IMG/VR virus record: IMGVR_UViG_3300012928_003423
Location: 6,932-70,931 of that record
Source: a virus
Length of the DNA stretch: 64,000 bases
Reading direction: 5' to 3' (one strand)
Part shown: piece after piece, positions 44,033-53,714 of the stretch
How positions within the stretch are numbered: position 1 is the stretch's first letter
How the letters are laid out: every line of letters begins with the position of its first letter
Notes under the pieces: generated by a model
The model's input: the letters and a program-made list of their open reading frames with translations, nothing else
The model's database searches: none
Told to the model about the DNA's origin: nothing
Program-made: the position numbers and the translations under genes

Positions 44033-45097
44033 TTACACTAAAAAAACTGAATTGAATTTATAAAAGTGGGGACAGCCTTCATAATGTTTCTCTATTATAG
44101 ATTCTGATTTTTTAATTTCAAAATCAGGCTTGTCTTTGTAGCATTTTATAATTTTACCAGCGGAGTCTAAATGAGCATAGTATTTAAATGGCTGACGATG
44201 TTCACATATAAAATTTTTAATTTTATTCCCTTCTTTATCAAGAACATAATTCCCTCTCGACTTTTTGAAACCTTCCTTTCCGCACATAAGCGGGCCTCCA
44301 AAAGTTCCGTCTGATGGGTAATCTTTATTTGCAGCGAAATCACTTTGAGCATCTTCCTCTGTGAAATCTTCTAAAAATTCTTGTATCGATGTTAGTTGAT
44401 ACTCAAATCCCTCAAGCTCCTCTGCGGATATTCTTTCCATAGTTACGACTCCATTTCCAGAGTGACCTAACAAATCAGACTCTAAATCAAATTTTAAGAA
44501 TAAAAACTCAACTTCAACATCTTGTGTTTTAGGAAAATTTTTCTTTACAGCAAGGCAGTACATTAAATTCTGAAGATTGTCAGTAATTTCTTTTCCTTTA
44601 AAAAGCTGTTTACTAGTTTTGAAATCTCTAATTAATGCTTTTTTTCCTCTGTCGTATAAAAACAACTTATCTATAAACCCTCTTATTTTATATTTTTTTC
44701 CATCTTCATCTATAGACATATTGAACTCATGTTCTGATATTGATTTTGTAATAGTACCCCTATCTTTTCCAAAAAAATCGAACAGCAATCCTTTTACTGT
44801 CATCATATCTATCAGCTCTAAATTTTCTTCATCATAAACATCTAATTTTCTAGCATGATAATCTATTAATTTAGAAACAGCCTTAGAAGCTCTTACTGTG
44901 CCTGATTTTATTATAGATTTATAATGTTTGGAATGTTTTTTTTCTCCAAGAAGCTCGTAAATTAAATGACAAATCCAACCTCGACTTGCTCCGTCGTTGG
45001 ATGTTTGAGGTAACTTTAGAACGTAGGAAGTCCAGTATTTCCATGAACAACTTTGAGCGGTTTTTATTTTGCTTGCAGACAGTATAACTTCATTCAT
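44033..45097 (-). CDS. PD-(D/E)XK exonuclease (RecB/AddB/Cas4-like)
   Basis: LSASKIKTAQSCSWKYW, RGWICH, RGFIDKL, IRDFKTSK, QNLMY. Confidence 0.88.
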   Translation of the reverse strand: MNEVILSASKIKTAQSCSWKYWTSYVLKLPQTSNDGASRGWICHLIYELLGEKKHSKHYKSIIKSGTVRASKAVSKLIDYHARKLDVYDEENLELIDMMTVKGLLFDFFGKDRGTITKSISEHEFNMSIDEDGKKYKIRGFIDKLFLYDRGKKALIRDFKTSKQLFKGKEITDNLQNLMYCLAVKKNFPKTQDVEVEFLFLKFDLESDLLGHSGNGVVTMERISAEELEGFEYQLTSIQEFLEDFTEEDAQSDFAANKDYPSDGTFGGPLMCGKEGFKKSRGNYVLDKEGNKIKNFICEHRQPFKYYAHLDSAGKIIKCYKDKPDFEIKKSESIIEKHYEGCPHFYKFNSVFLV

Positions 45098-46136
45098 TGT
45101 AAATTTGTTTTTTAAATTTTTTTATTTTTTCATGAAAGGTTTTTGGTTGAGATGTTTTTGCGCAAATTTTTTCAGCCACATCTATAATTTTTTTATAATC
45201 AAAATCTTTAATAGCATTTTCTTTTTTTGTAAGCCATTGCTCGTAGTCATGTTTGTCCATGTCTCCGAAATCATTTTTTACAGGTAAAACTATTTTGACT
45301 TTATTGTAATCAACCAAAGATATTAAACTGAAAAAGCTTTTTATCGAACCAATCAACCCTGCATTTGTAGAACTTTTAGAATCATTATTTAAACTAATTA
45401 AAATATTTTGAGGATTAACCTTTACTATGTAAGAAATTAAAGATGGAGAAACTTGAGTTCCAAAACAACAAAGTGTATTTTCAATATTATTTTGATATAG
45501 GCTTAAAATATCCCCTATACTTTCAACTAATATTAGTTCTTTAGAATCCAATATAGACTTTTCAGACAAGTTCCAAGGAAAAATCCACTTCGTTTTTGTT
45601 CCGATATGCTTCCATTTTGGCCTATTGTCAGAAGGATTCATATCTCGACCAGAAAATCCATGTATTTTTTTATTTAAATTAAATACTGGAAAGACAAACC
45701 TTTGATACATCTTTCCCTCTGTAGACAGCCCGCCTTTAAACTTTTTTATTATATCCGAACTGATACCTTTTTTCTCATAAAAATCAAAGTGAGGAAGTAG
45801 TCTATCTAGACATGATATATCATATGTTTTTTCCATTTTTATCCTTGGAGCTATAGGTTTTGAAATAGCACTACTAAATAGTGTATTTTGAACTATTGAT
45901 TTTTCTATAAAATCTTCATCATTAGATCCTAATGTAGCTTGAACTAACTTATTAAATGGCATGAAGGGAGTTTGGTTTACATAATCTTTCCATACTCCGC
46001 TATCTTTATAAATCTGAATAGCTGTTTTATTGTCTCCCCCTCTAAATAGAGCATTAGTTTGCCAATAAGGACCTCGATCAACTAATTTGTAGCCAAGTTG
46101 AAGGAGAGTTTCTTTTACATTTATATTATTCATCAA
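45090..46136 (-). CDS. dnaG: DnaG-like DNA primase (TOPRIM) with a degenerate N-terminal Zn domain
   Basis: RFVFPVF...IHGFSGR, KWKH, LILVESIGDILSL, LNND, NDFGDM; adjacent to DnaB. Confidence 0.8.
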   Translation of the reverse strand: MMNNINVKETLLQLGYKLVDRGPYWQTNALFRGGDNKTAIQIYKDSGVWKDYVNQTPFMPFNKLVQATLGSNDEDFIEKSIVQNTLFSSAISKPIAPRIKMEKTYDISCLDRLLPHFDFYEKKGISSDIIKKFKGGLSTEGKMYQRFVFPVFNLNKKIHGFSGRDMNPSDNRPKWKHIGTKTKWIFPWNLSEKSILDSKELILVESIGDILSLYQNNIENTLCCFGTQVSPSLISYIVKVNPQNILISLNNDSKSSTNAGLIGSIKSFFSLISLVDYNKVKIVLPVKNDFGDMDKHDYEQWLTKKENAIKDFDYKKIIDVAEKICAKTSQPKTFHEKIKKFKKQIYNE

Positions 46137-47646
46137 AAAGAGCGGGCAAATCTGTTCTTCCGTCTTCTTCTGGAGTTAACCCCTCTACTCTTATATGTTC
46201 AACAAGGTCTCTTAAGTCTCCTCTTTCTGTAATATTAAAGTTGTTAAAATCTAAATTTAAATAATTTCTTTTTAAAGTTCCGTCAGGCATTCTTACAGGT
46301 TCTATTTCGCCCATTGGGTCTTGACCTAGGTGTCTAGCTTTGATATTTGTTAATTTATGTGTTCCAAAATTTGCATCCTCTGCAATTTCGGAAGGCTCTT
46401 TGCTTCTTAATAGAAACATATGAGAACAAAATTGAGTTATTCTGTCAGATAAAGAAACTACCGTTTCATCTTCAACAATATTATCAGAACTTCTATTTCT
46501 ACTAGTTCCAACACGATTCATTTGAACACTTGTAAGCATAGAAACAACAGGTTTTTTATCAAAAAGCAGATCTTTAGCTATAAGCCTTTTGAATCTATCT
46601 ACCATTTCTCCTACAACTTGCCATTCAGTTTTATTTCCCGAAGGTTGAAATGTAGTTTTTATATAATCAAAACTAAATATCATTTGATTCCCTCTGCCAA
46701 CTTGAGAAAAATAAAATCTCTTTACCATATTAACCATTTCATCAATACTCATACCCCCACAATTGTAGTAATAAAACTTCATGCCCTTTAATTTTTTCCA
46801 TACCGCTCTAACTCTATTAACAGTTTGCTCTCCAGCATTTCTCCACCTTCCGCTTTCAAGCAAGTTTAATTGAACTCCCGAAAGAGCCGCACACTGCCTC
46901 ATCGTCAACTCCTCAAGGCTCATTTCTCCATTATCAAAGTGCAAAATAGGGACATCTTCATTCATTGAAGAAACTTTTGTACAAAAATCCATGCAAAATT
47001 GAGTTTTTCCTATTCCCGATCTAGCTACAATAACACTTATATTTCCAGGTCTAAGTAATGATCCATATATTTCATGCAGTCTTTGATGGGGGCCTTCTAA
47101 ACCGTGATCATCTACAGGATTTTCGCCTCTTTCCTCTATCATTTCTTCCATATTGTCATATATATTTTCAGGAAGATCTGAGCCTACTTCATAAAAATTC
47201 ACTTTTTCATTATAAATAGAATCGGCTTTATCTATTATATCTTGATAGTTTTTTAAACTAGGAGAGTGCATGCTTTCGTTTAAGTCTCGACCTATTCCGC
47301 ATATGTCTCTTTTAAGTGTTAGTATTTTTAACTCTTTAGCTGAATCTATAACCGATTTATCTGAAACTTTTCTAAGCAATAGGCTCTGTAAATATTCTAG
47401 GCAATCAATGCCTTCTTCGAAAGTTATCCCTAGATCTTTAACTTTTTCAGAAATTAGATATTCATCTACCGAACTATTATTTTCAATACAAGATCTTAAA
47501 ACTAAAAAAATACTCCTATTAATAGAAGTGCTTTCTGAATAAAAATCTTTTTCAGAGATAAAACCAGATATTTTGAAAAACACATCTGGGTTTTGTATCA
47601 ATCCACTTAAAAGATGTTGCTCTAATTCGTAATTATACAACTGCAT
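46126..47646 (-). CDS. dnaB: Replicative DNA helicase DnaB-like
   Basis: ELEQHLLSGLI N-domain, ARSGIGKT Walker A, NGEMS, FDYIKT, VQMNR, SDRI, KARH. Confidence 0.9.
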   Translation of the reverse strand: MQLYNYELEQHLLSGLIQNPDVFFKISGFISEKDFYSESTSINRSIFLVLRSCIENNSSVDEYLISEKVKDLGITFEEGIDCLEYLQSLLLRKVSDKSVIDSAKELKILTLKRDICGIGRDLNESMHSPSLKNYQDIIDKADSIYNEKVNFYEVGSDLPENIYDNMEEMIEERGENPVDDHGLEGPHQRLHEIYGSLLRPGNISVIVARSGIGKTQFCMDFCTKVSSMNEDVPILHFDNGEMSLEELTMRQCAALSGVQLNLLESGRWRNAGEQTVNRVRAVWKKLKGMKFYYYNCGGMSIDEMVNMVKRFYFSQVGRGNQMIFSFDYIKTTFQPSGNKTEWQVVGEMVDRFKRLIAKDLLFDKKPVVSMLTSVQMNRVGTSRNRSSDNIVEDETVVSLSDRITQFCSHMFLLRSKEPSEIAEDANFGTHKLTNIKARHLGQDPMGEIEPVRMPDGTLKRNYLNLDFNNFNITERGDLRDLVEHIRVEGLTPEEDGRTDLPALFDE

Positions 47647-47685
47647 CCCATATGATAACTAGGAAGGCCGCAAAAAACAAAGAAA

Positions 47686-47934
47686 TTATGTAAGGTCTAT
47701 TGAGGCTTCGCCTTCTTCCATCTGTATTAAATACTTCTCTAAAGCTTTTCTTAAGCCCATCTCAACTATTTGAGAACTAGCTCTAGTATAAACCATAGCT
47801 TTGCCTTCATCATCAACATAACTTAGGACAAAACCAGATTGACCTTCGCTACCTCCAGTAAACTCATATAGTTTATCTAAAAATTCAGCTGGAATTTGAA
47901 AATTACATTCGGTATTTGGATCAAAGTCTTCCAT
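47686..47934 (-). CDS. Hypothetical protein
   Basis: ORF track; GTGTA motif at 47956-47960. Confidence 0.7.
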   Translation of the reverse strand: MEDFDPNTECNFQIPAEFLDKLYEFTGGSEGQSGFVLSYVDDEGKAMVYTRASSQIVEMGLRKALEKYLIQMEEGEASIDLT

Positions 47935-47961
47935 TTTATAGTGTTACATATAATATATACA

Positions 47962-48372
47962 CTATAAATTTATTCCAAACTTTTCGAATAAAGACTTTTT
48001 TAATACATCATTATCGTACACTTCTACTAATTTTATACCGTTTATTTTACAAAATTCAAGTTTCTGCTTGTCCCTCCTGAGCTGATCCAAATAATTTGAT
48101 TTATGCCCTCCATGAAAATGAGGTACATATTTTCTGTGTTGAGCTCCTTGAACTTCTACAGCGATATTTTTAGTAGCATTATAGAAATCTAAAGAAAGTC
48201 TTGTGCCAGCAACAGGAAACTCTTCAAATACTACATGATTAATCCAGTAGTCTTTTAGAAACTGTTTTGTATTAAATTGTATTTTGCTCTTACTTTCCGC
48301 TTCCCAATCTATTATGTAATTCCTAACTTTAGGGACTCTTTTTAAATTTCCAGCTATAGTTTTAAACTTCAT
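47962..48372 (-). CDS. DUF559/Vsr-like endonuclease
   Basis: LDFYN...IAVEVQGAQH...RDKQKLEFCKINGIKLVEV. Confidence 0.8.
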   Translation of the reverse strand: MKFKTIAGNLKRVPKVRNYIIDWEAESKSKIQFNTKQFLKDYWINHVVFEEFPVAGTRLSLDFYNATKNIAVEVQGAQHRKYVPHFHGGHKSNYLDQLRRDKQKLEFCKINGIKLVEVYDNDVLKKSLFEKFGINL

Positions 48373-49453
48373 TAAAATTAGATTGAATTTGATTTAACAT
48401 AAAATTAGTAAAATCTTTATTATCTTCAATAAACTGAGTTAGCTTACCTTCTCCTTGTATTTTTTCTGGACATTCAATTTTTTTGCTTTTTGCAAGTTCA
48501 ATTATTTCTTGATCAAAAGAAATCCAAGCTCCTTTTTGTTCGATATATCCCCATAATTTCATCATGTCTATGACTTCTTTTTCTACCCATATACTATTTC
48601 CATTTTTTTGACCATATCTTATTGGGTATCTAACTACTCCTCCAGTTTTTTCATTTACACTTTTTCTAAATATAATTTTGCATACATGCCCAATGGGATC
48701 TCCTTTATCTTCAATTTTTGTTGCAGATGGATTTGAATACATTATATCATTAGAGTACCTTTCTTGAAACTCTAATATAAAGTTTGCATAGTGTTTTACA
48801 GCATTACCTCCAGCTTGTTTAACTTTCGGACCACCTCTACTAGCGTAAGGGTTAGCAGCCACTTCAACCCTGACTTGAGATGTGAGTATCATCATATGCC
48901 CCATCTTAGTTATAGGCAGAACCATTTTTTTTAAAAATACAGATGTAACTAAAGCTCCTCCAGCAACCTGCTCGCTTTCGTCAAAAGGTTTATCAAAATC
49001 TCCAATTCTGCATAATGCATCAACACTATCTATGATAAATAAATATTTTTTATCATCAGGATTTTCTTCTACTAAAGTTCTTATTAATTGAAAAACTTTT
49101 TCAAATATATTACAATCAAATTTAAAAAACCTTTCTGGAGTTTGGTCTACGCCACATCTATTTAAAAGTTCTGGACTTAACCTGCCTTCACTTCTAATAT
49201 AAACAACCATACCTTTGTCTCCAAAATGTTTCTGGAAGTTTTTGGCGACAGTTAATGCACAACTAGTTTTACCTCCTTCATTGACTCCAGTAAATCTGTG
49301 AGCTCCAGAAGGAAAACCTCCTCCTAATGCTAAATCTAAGTTTATGCTTCCAGAAGAGATTTTATAATTATCATCCTCGTAATTATTGTAATGGTATTTT
49401 TTGTTTTCTTTATCTTGAAGAAAATCGTCAATTATTTTTAATGTATCACTCAT
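48362..49453 (-). CDS. recA: RecA/UvsX-like recombinase
   Basis: ISSGSINLDLALGGGFPSG, GVNEGGKTS, IIDSVDAL, ILTSQVR, GGNAVKHYA. Confidence 0.9.
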   Translation of the reverse strand: MSDTLKIIDDFLQDKENKKYHYNNYEDDNYKISSGSINLDLALGGGFPSGAHRFTGVNEGGKTSCALTVAKNFQKHFGDKGMVVYIRSEGRLSPELLNRCGVDQTPERFFKFDCNIFEKVFQLIRTLVEENPDDKKYLFIIDSVDALCRIGDFDKPFDESEQVAGGALVTSVFLKKMVLPITKMGHMMILTSQVRVEVAANPYASRGGPKVKQAGGNAVKHYANFILEFQERYSNDIMYSNPSATKIEDKGDPIGHVCKIIFRKSVNEKTGGVVRYPIRYGQKNGNSIWVEKEVIDMMKLWGYIEQKGAWISFDQEIIELAKSKKIECPEKIQGEGKLTQFIEDNKDFTNFMLNQIQSNFNEV

Positions 49454-49790
49454 TTGTTAAAAAATCTTTAATTGTTTTTATTTTTTTTGGTTTGTTATAA
49501 TTCTTTCCAGTTTTCTTTCCTAGAATTATTTTTTCTGAGACAGAGGGTTTATATGAAAATTCAAGATATCTTTTTTTTAATTCTACAGCTCCATATTGAC
49601 CTTTAAGGAAAACTAAAGAATCATATTTTTTTTTAAAATTTAACAGTATCCAAAAATCTACATTAGGAAAGCGCTCATATAAATCATTTAAAAATTTAAT
49701 TTCTCTTGCCCAGAAAAATCTTTTATTTTTTTCTGGAATATTCACTAGGCGAGATATGATCTCTTTCTTTTCGGACTGTTTTAACTTCAC
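49446..49790 (-). CDS. Hypothetical protein
   Basis: ORF track. Confidence 0.7.
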   Translation of the reverse strand: MKLKQSEKKEIISRLVNIPEKNKRFFWAREIKFLNDLYERFPNVDFWILLNFKKKYDSLVFLKGQYGAVELKKRYLEFSYKPSVSEKIILGKKTGKNYNKPKKIKTIKDFLTNE

Positions 49791-51022
49791 TAAATTGTAT
49801 AAAAATTAAAATCATTAAAGTTGAAATACATAAAATAATCTCTATCTCCATAAGTAGATATTGCTTTATGTTTTTTGTTTTTAATTAGTTTCTTTTGCAA
49901 ATTTAAATTGTATTTTTCTATTGAACTATCGCAGTAATCATAGCCATTTACAGAATCAAATGCAACCCTTTTTACTAATAAGGTAGAATCTATCATAACA
50001 TGGTTATTATCGCTAGACAAAAGAGACATGCCAGAGTTGCTAGTACTTACTTTTACAACTGATTCTTGATCCCAAAAACAGATTACAGATCCTTCTGCTG
50101 GATAAATACAATTATTAATTTTATCTTTTAATTTATTGGGAGTTTTACTGCAAAAATATATATTTAAAAATTTAGATTTGATGTATTTTTTGAAATTAAA
50201 ATAAAGATTACTTGAAATTTCTTTATGAAAATCCCCGAAAAGAACTACTGTAAAGTCCAAAACAGATCTTAATAAAAAATTGTTACTCAAGCTTTGGTTT
50301 AGAGTTGTAAAATTTATATCTTCAAGCTTCTCCGCAAAGATGCAAAAACTCATTTTTTTTCTAGAATTAGAATTTTCAAGAAAAGTAAAGTAATTGTTTC
50401 TTTCGTTCTCTTTTTTGGCTGGAGGATGATATAGATGAACTCCATTTAAATTTTTTACAACAAAGGGATCGATGTTAGAAATTTTATTTTCAACAAAATC
50501 TAAATCTTCCCATCCCCATCCGTAAAATTTTTCATCAAAACCTCCAACTTTGCAAAAAATATCGGAAGATACTATCAGAGAATGTTTGCCGTAATAATTA
50601 TCTTCATCGTATTTTTTGTAATCTACAGGTCTACCTAGAGCAAATTCATTAGAATCTTGTTCGTTTAATTGGAATATAGAAGAAAACGGTCTTATTGCAT
50701 CTTGATTATTTATTTGACCTAAGACTTTATTAAAGTTAAGAAAAATATCTGAATCCAGAAACCAAACATAAGGAGTTTTTACATATTTAAATGCTAAGTT
50801 ATATAAAAAAGATTTTTTAAAAAAACAGTTAGAATAATGTTTAATTAAAATGTATTTACCTTTATTTTCTACTGAGTCATCTTTGTTTTTACCTTTTACT
50901 TGCTCTGCAATAATAAAAGGTATATCTAATTCAAGCAGATGAGATAATAAAAATTTATAATTCCTTTCTCTGTATGGGCAGGAATTAAGATAAGATATGA
51001 CAATAGTAACTTTTTTAATCAA
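49790..51022 (-). CDS. Glycosyltransferase (GT2 / galactosyltransferase GT7-C-like) with a second degenerate GT-A domain
   Basis: RERNYKF, FKKSFLYN, WFLDSD, VGGFDEKFYGWGWEDLDF, HLYHP; later FDSVNGYD. Confidence 0.8.
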   Translation of the reverse strand: MIKKVTIVISYLNSCPYRERNYKFLLSHLLELDIPFIIAEQVKGKNKDDSVENKGKYILIKHYSNCFFKKSFLYNLAFKYVKTPYVWFLDSDIFLNFNKVLGQINNQDAIRPFSSIFQLNEQDSNEFALGRPVDYKKYDEDNYYGKHSLIVSSDIFCKVGGFDEKFYGWGWEDLDFVENKISNIDPFVVKNLNGVHLYHPPAKKENERNNYFTFLENSNSRKKMSFCIFAEKLEDINFTTLNQSLSNNFLLRSVLDFTVVLFGDFHKEISSNLYFNFKKYIKSKFLNIYFCSKTPNKLKDKINNCIYPAEGSVICFWDQESVVKVSTSNSGMSLLSSDNNHVMIDSTLLVKRVAFDSVNGYDYCDSSIEKYNLNLQKKLIKNKKHKAISTYGDRDYFMYFNFNDFNFYTI

Positions 51023-52032
51023 AAATCGTCTTCCAATGAGCCACTTTGTTGATATTCTCTAACTCGTCTTTCAAAAAAGTTACCCATGGCTTGAACATCA
51101 ACCACTTCACCTAACCAAGGAAATGGATTATTGTCACTTGGAAAACGATAGTCAAGCCCGATTGCTTCAAGCCTTCGATTTCCTATGTAATACATATAAT
51201 CCACGAACATTTCAGCGTTTAAGCCAAGTATACCTGTAGGCAAGACATCGTGAGCATAAGCTATCTCAAGCTCTACTGCTTTTTTAATATGCTCTACAAA
51301 TTCATCTTGTATTTTCTTTGTCCATATAGAAGGATTTTGTTCGATCAATGTGTTAATTAAGTAAGTTCCAAAAGCAATATGAGAACTTTCATCTCTTAAT
51401 GTGTATTTAATCTGATCGGATATTCCTTGTAGTTTGTTTTGCCTACCTAAAGCTAGAAGCATAGCAAACCCACTGAAAAAGAATGTACCTTCACAAACAA
51501 TCCAATATGTTAAGAAGTTTCTTAGAAGCTCTTGTTTGCCCTCTTTGGTTTCAGTAGAAAAATCTGCACGACTAATATCGTTAGTAATTTCCATTAAGAA
51601 ATCATCTTTTGCTTTTATGCTCGGAATATTTTCATAAGCTGCGAAAACTTCTTCGATATCAAGGTCCAAGCTGTCGCAAATATATACAACGGTAAGGTTG
51701 TGTAAACTTTCTTCAAAAGCTTGACGCAAAATGTACTGGCGACATTCAGCATCCGTAACATATCTGAAAGCCGAAAGCAAAAGGTTATTACCAACCAAAG
51801 ACTCGCTTCCAGCAAAAAATCCAAGACAGCGTTTGACGAGGAGTTTTTCATCTTCCGTGATTTCATCATTTTTCCATTGTTTAATATCATTCTGCATGCT
51901 TATTTCAGTAGGCATCCAGTTATTCGCACAACTCTTTAAAAAAAGATCCCATGCATATTTGTGTTTATGAGGTAATATTCTATTTACCCCAGCTATATTC
52001 TTAGTTAATAATTCGCCTGTTTTTGTTTCCAT
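51019..52032 (-). CDS. nrdB: Ribonucleotide reductase beta subunit with class Ic (R2c) signature
   Basis: Ligands E77, E108, H111, E181, E215, H218; Val115 at the radical-Tyr position; C-terminal NFFERRVREYQ. Confidence 0.93.
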   Translation of the reverse strand: METKTGELLTKNIAGVNRILPHKHKYAWDLFLKSCANNWMPTEISMQNDIKQWKNDEITEDEKLLVKRCLGFFAGSESLVGNNLLLSAFRYVTDAECRQYILRQAFEESLHNLTVVYICDSLDLDIEEVFAAYENIPSIKAKDDFLMEITNDISRADFSTETKEGKQELLRNFLTYWIVCEGTFFFSGFAMLLALGRQNKLQGISDQIKYTLRDESSHIAFGTYLINTLIEQNPSIWTKKIQDEFVEHIKKAVELEIAYAHDVLPTGILGLNAEMFVDYMYYIGNRRLEAIGLDYRFPSDNNPFPWLGEVVDVQAMGNFFERRVREYQQSGSLEDDF

Positions 52033-52044
52033 ATATAAAGAACG

Positions 52045-52073
52045 AATATAACGAGATTATAGTTCTTAGTCAA
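52045..52073 (-). promoter_or_regulatory. sigma70-like promoter TTGACT-N17-TATATT upstream of nrdB
   Basis: -35 at 52068-52073, -10 at 52045-52050. Confidence 0.7.
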
Positions 52074-52080
52074 GTATAAA

Positions 52081-52671
52081 TTATTTTATACGAACTTCTT
52101 TCCAGGCAACTTTTCCCTCTATGATTTGATCTCTAATCTTTCTTTGTTTAGAGCTTAACTGGCTTTTGCCGCTTTTGACTTCTATAAATGTAATCTCTTC
52201 TTGACCAAAAGAAACATAGTCTATTGGTTGACCTAAAAAGCTACATTCCTCTGGTTCAAATTCAAATTGATCTAAAAAAGGAGCTAATGTTTCTGCGATA
52301 TGACCCAATCTAACTTCACTACTTTTTTTCTGAGATGTAACTTTGGTTTTTAAATCTCTTTGCTCTTCTAAATCTTCTGTGAGTTTCGCTATAGAAATTT
52401 CAAAGTCCTTTTCTTTGGTTTGTATTTCTATCTTTTTTTCTTCTATAGATTTTCTTTCATGCTCGAAAGATTCTTTTAACGATTCCATACTAAGTCTATG
52501 CTGACTTTCTTTTAGCTCTAAATTTTTTTCTAAATCTTTGAATCTAGCTTCCATTAAAAAATTATCATTTTCTATCTCTTTTAAATAATTAAAAGTTTTT
52601 TTAAATTTTAAATAAAACCCTAAGCAAACTAAGCTTAATAAAAAAAGAGCTGCTGAAAGTGTAAAAATCAA
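52081..52671 (-). CDS. Holliday-junction-resolvase-like endonuclease (Endonuc_Holl type) with an N-terminal TM and coiled coil
   Basis: GHIAETLAPF...FLGQPIDYVSF...FIEVKSGKSQLSSKQRKIRD. Confidence 0.85.
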   Translation of the reverse strand: MIFTLSAALFLLSLVCLGFYLKFKKTFNYLKEIENDNFLMEARFKDLEKNLELKESQHRLSMESLKESFEHERKSIEEKKIEIQTKEKDFEISIAKLTEDLEEQRDLKTKVTSQKKSSEVRLGHIAETLAPFLDQFEFEPEECSFLGQPIDYVSFGQEEITFIEVKSGKSQLSSKQRKIRDQIIEGKVAWKEVRIK

Positions 52672-53696
52672 GAGGGAGCAGATTCTTTGTAAGGGTGCGA
52701 ACCAGATAATAGGCTTTCAATACCCCATTTGTGAGCTAGGTAACCTTCGACTTTTTGACGAACCGTATTGTCCGTATTGTCCAAAAGAATGACTTCTGCA
52801 ATTTTCCCCTCAGGAAATTTATTTTCACTACGATTTGCAAAAAGATAGAACTCTACATTTGATGCCAATTTGGCAGTGTAGTTCCGCACAAGAGTTCCTG
52901 GAAGCGTCTCTCCGTCAACGAGCAATTGATACTTTCCATCATCAGTGAAATCAAGATCGGCACAAAACATGCGAAATCCTGCGAGGCCACTATTACTAGC
53001 AACAGTTGTAGACCCATGAGGAGTTTGATCATTAAAAGTTAAAATTCCTCTAAATTGATTATGATTGCCCGCACCTATCTGCCAATCATGCGAAGCCGCA
53101 TCCATGGATATGACTGCATCTGCGTTGTGGTTAACAGTATCAACACTACACACAATAAAAGCCTGAAGGTTTCCGCTTGTTGGTGTCGAAAAAACATCTT
53201 TCTTGAAAAAGTCATCACCATCCAATTTGATAACATTTAAAGAATTTTGCTTACTTGTTCCTGTAATTGGATTACTACCCGCCTCTGCATTTCCTGCGAG
53301 ATTATTGGAATTGGCCGACTTGTCTGACCATAAGGTTACCTCATTTGATCCGTTCTTTGTAATTGTAGAAGAATCGCTTGCGTCATACCAGGCTAATAAA
53401 ACAGCTGAATCTATATCTGATGGGTCAAATAATGAAGCTACAGAACTTTTTATTCCAGCAACTGTTAATGGTCTAAATCCATTATCATGAGCATCTCCAA
53501 TTGAAGTAATTTCAGAACCTAGGCCAAAATTATGTAACTTCCTGTATAACTCTCTACCTGTGTGGTTTTTATAATAAGCTTCTGATTCTCCTTCAGTTAA
53601 AGCATTTGCTATAGCAGTTTTAAAAGTCTCTAAATTCGCAACTAACTCGGATTTAGAAGCTTGATGGATTTTTTTATTTAATTGCTGAAGGCTCAT
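52668..53696 (-). CDS. Concanavalin-A-like (LamG-type) domain protein, probable virion/receptor-binding
   Basis: LAWYDASDSSTI...VTLWSDKS...GKIAEVI...RQKVEGYLAHKWG...HPYK; GTGTAAT 7 nt upstream. Confidence 0.7.
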   Translation of the reverse strand: MSLQQLNKKIHQASKSELVANLETFKTAIANALTEGESEAYYKNHTGRELYRKLHNFGLGSEITSIGDAHDNGFRPLTVAGIKSSVASLFDPSDIDSAVLLAWYDASDSSTITKNGSNEVTLWSDKSANSNNLAGNAEAGSNPITGTSKQNSLNVIKLDGDDFFKKDVFSTPTSGNLQAFIVCSVDTVNHNADAVISMDAASHDWQIGAGNHNQFRGILTFNDQTPHGSTTVASNSGLAGFRMFCADLDFTDDGKYQLLVDGETLPGTLVRNYTAKLASNVEFYLFANRSENKFPEGKIAEVILLDNTDNTVRQKVEGYLAHKWGIESLLSGSHPYKESAPS

Positions 53697-53714
53697 GTAG
53701 AATATTACACCAAA

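Noticed and set aside
44033-45097. Cas4-like nuclease suggesting a CRISPR locus
   Set aside because: No cas1/cas2 and no repeat-spacer array seen anywhere in the window; such PD-(D/E)XK exonucleases are common in phage replication modules
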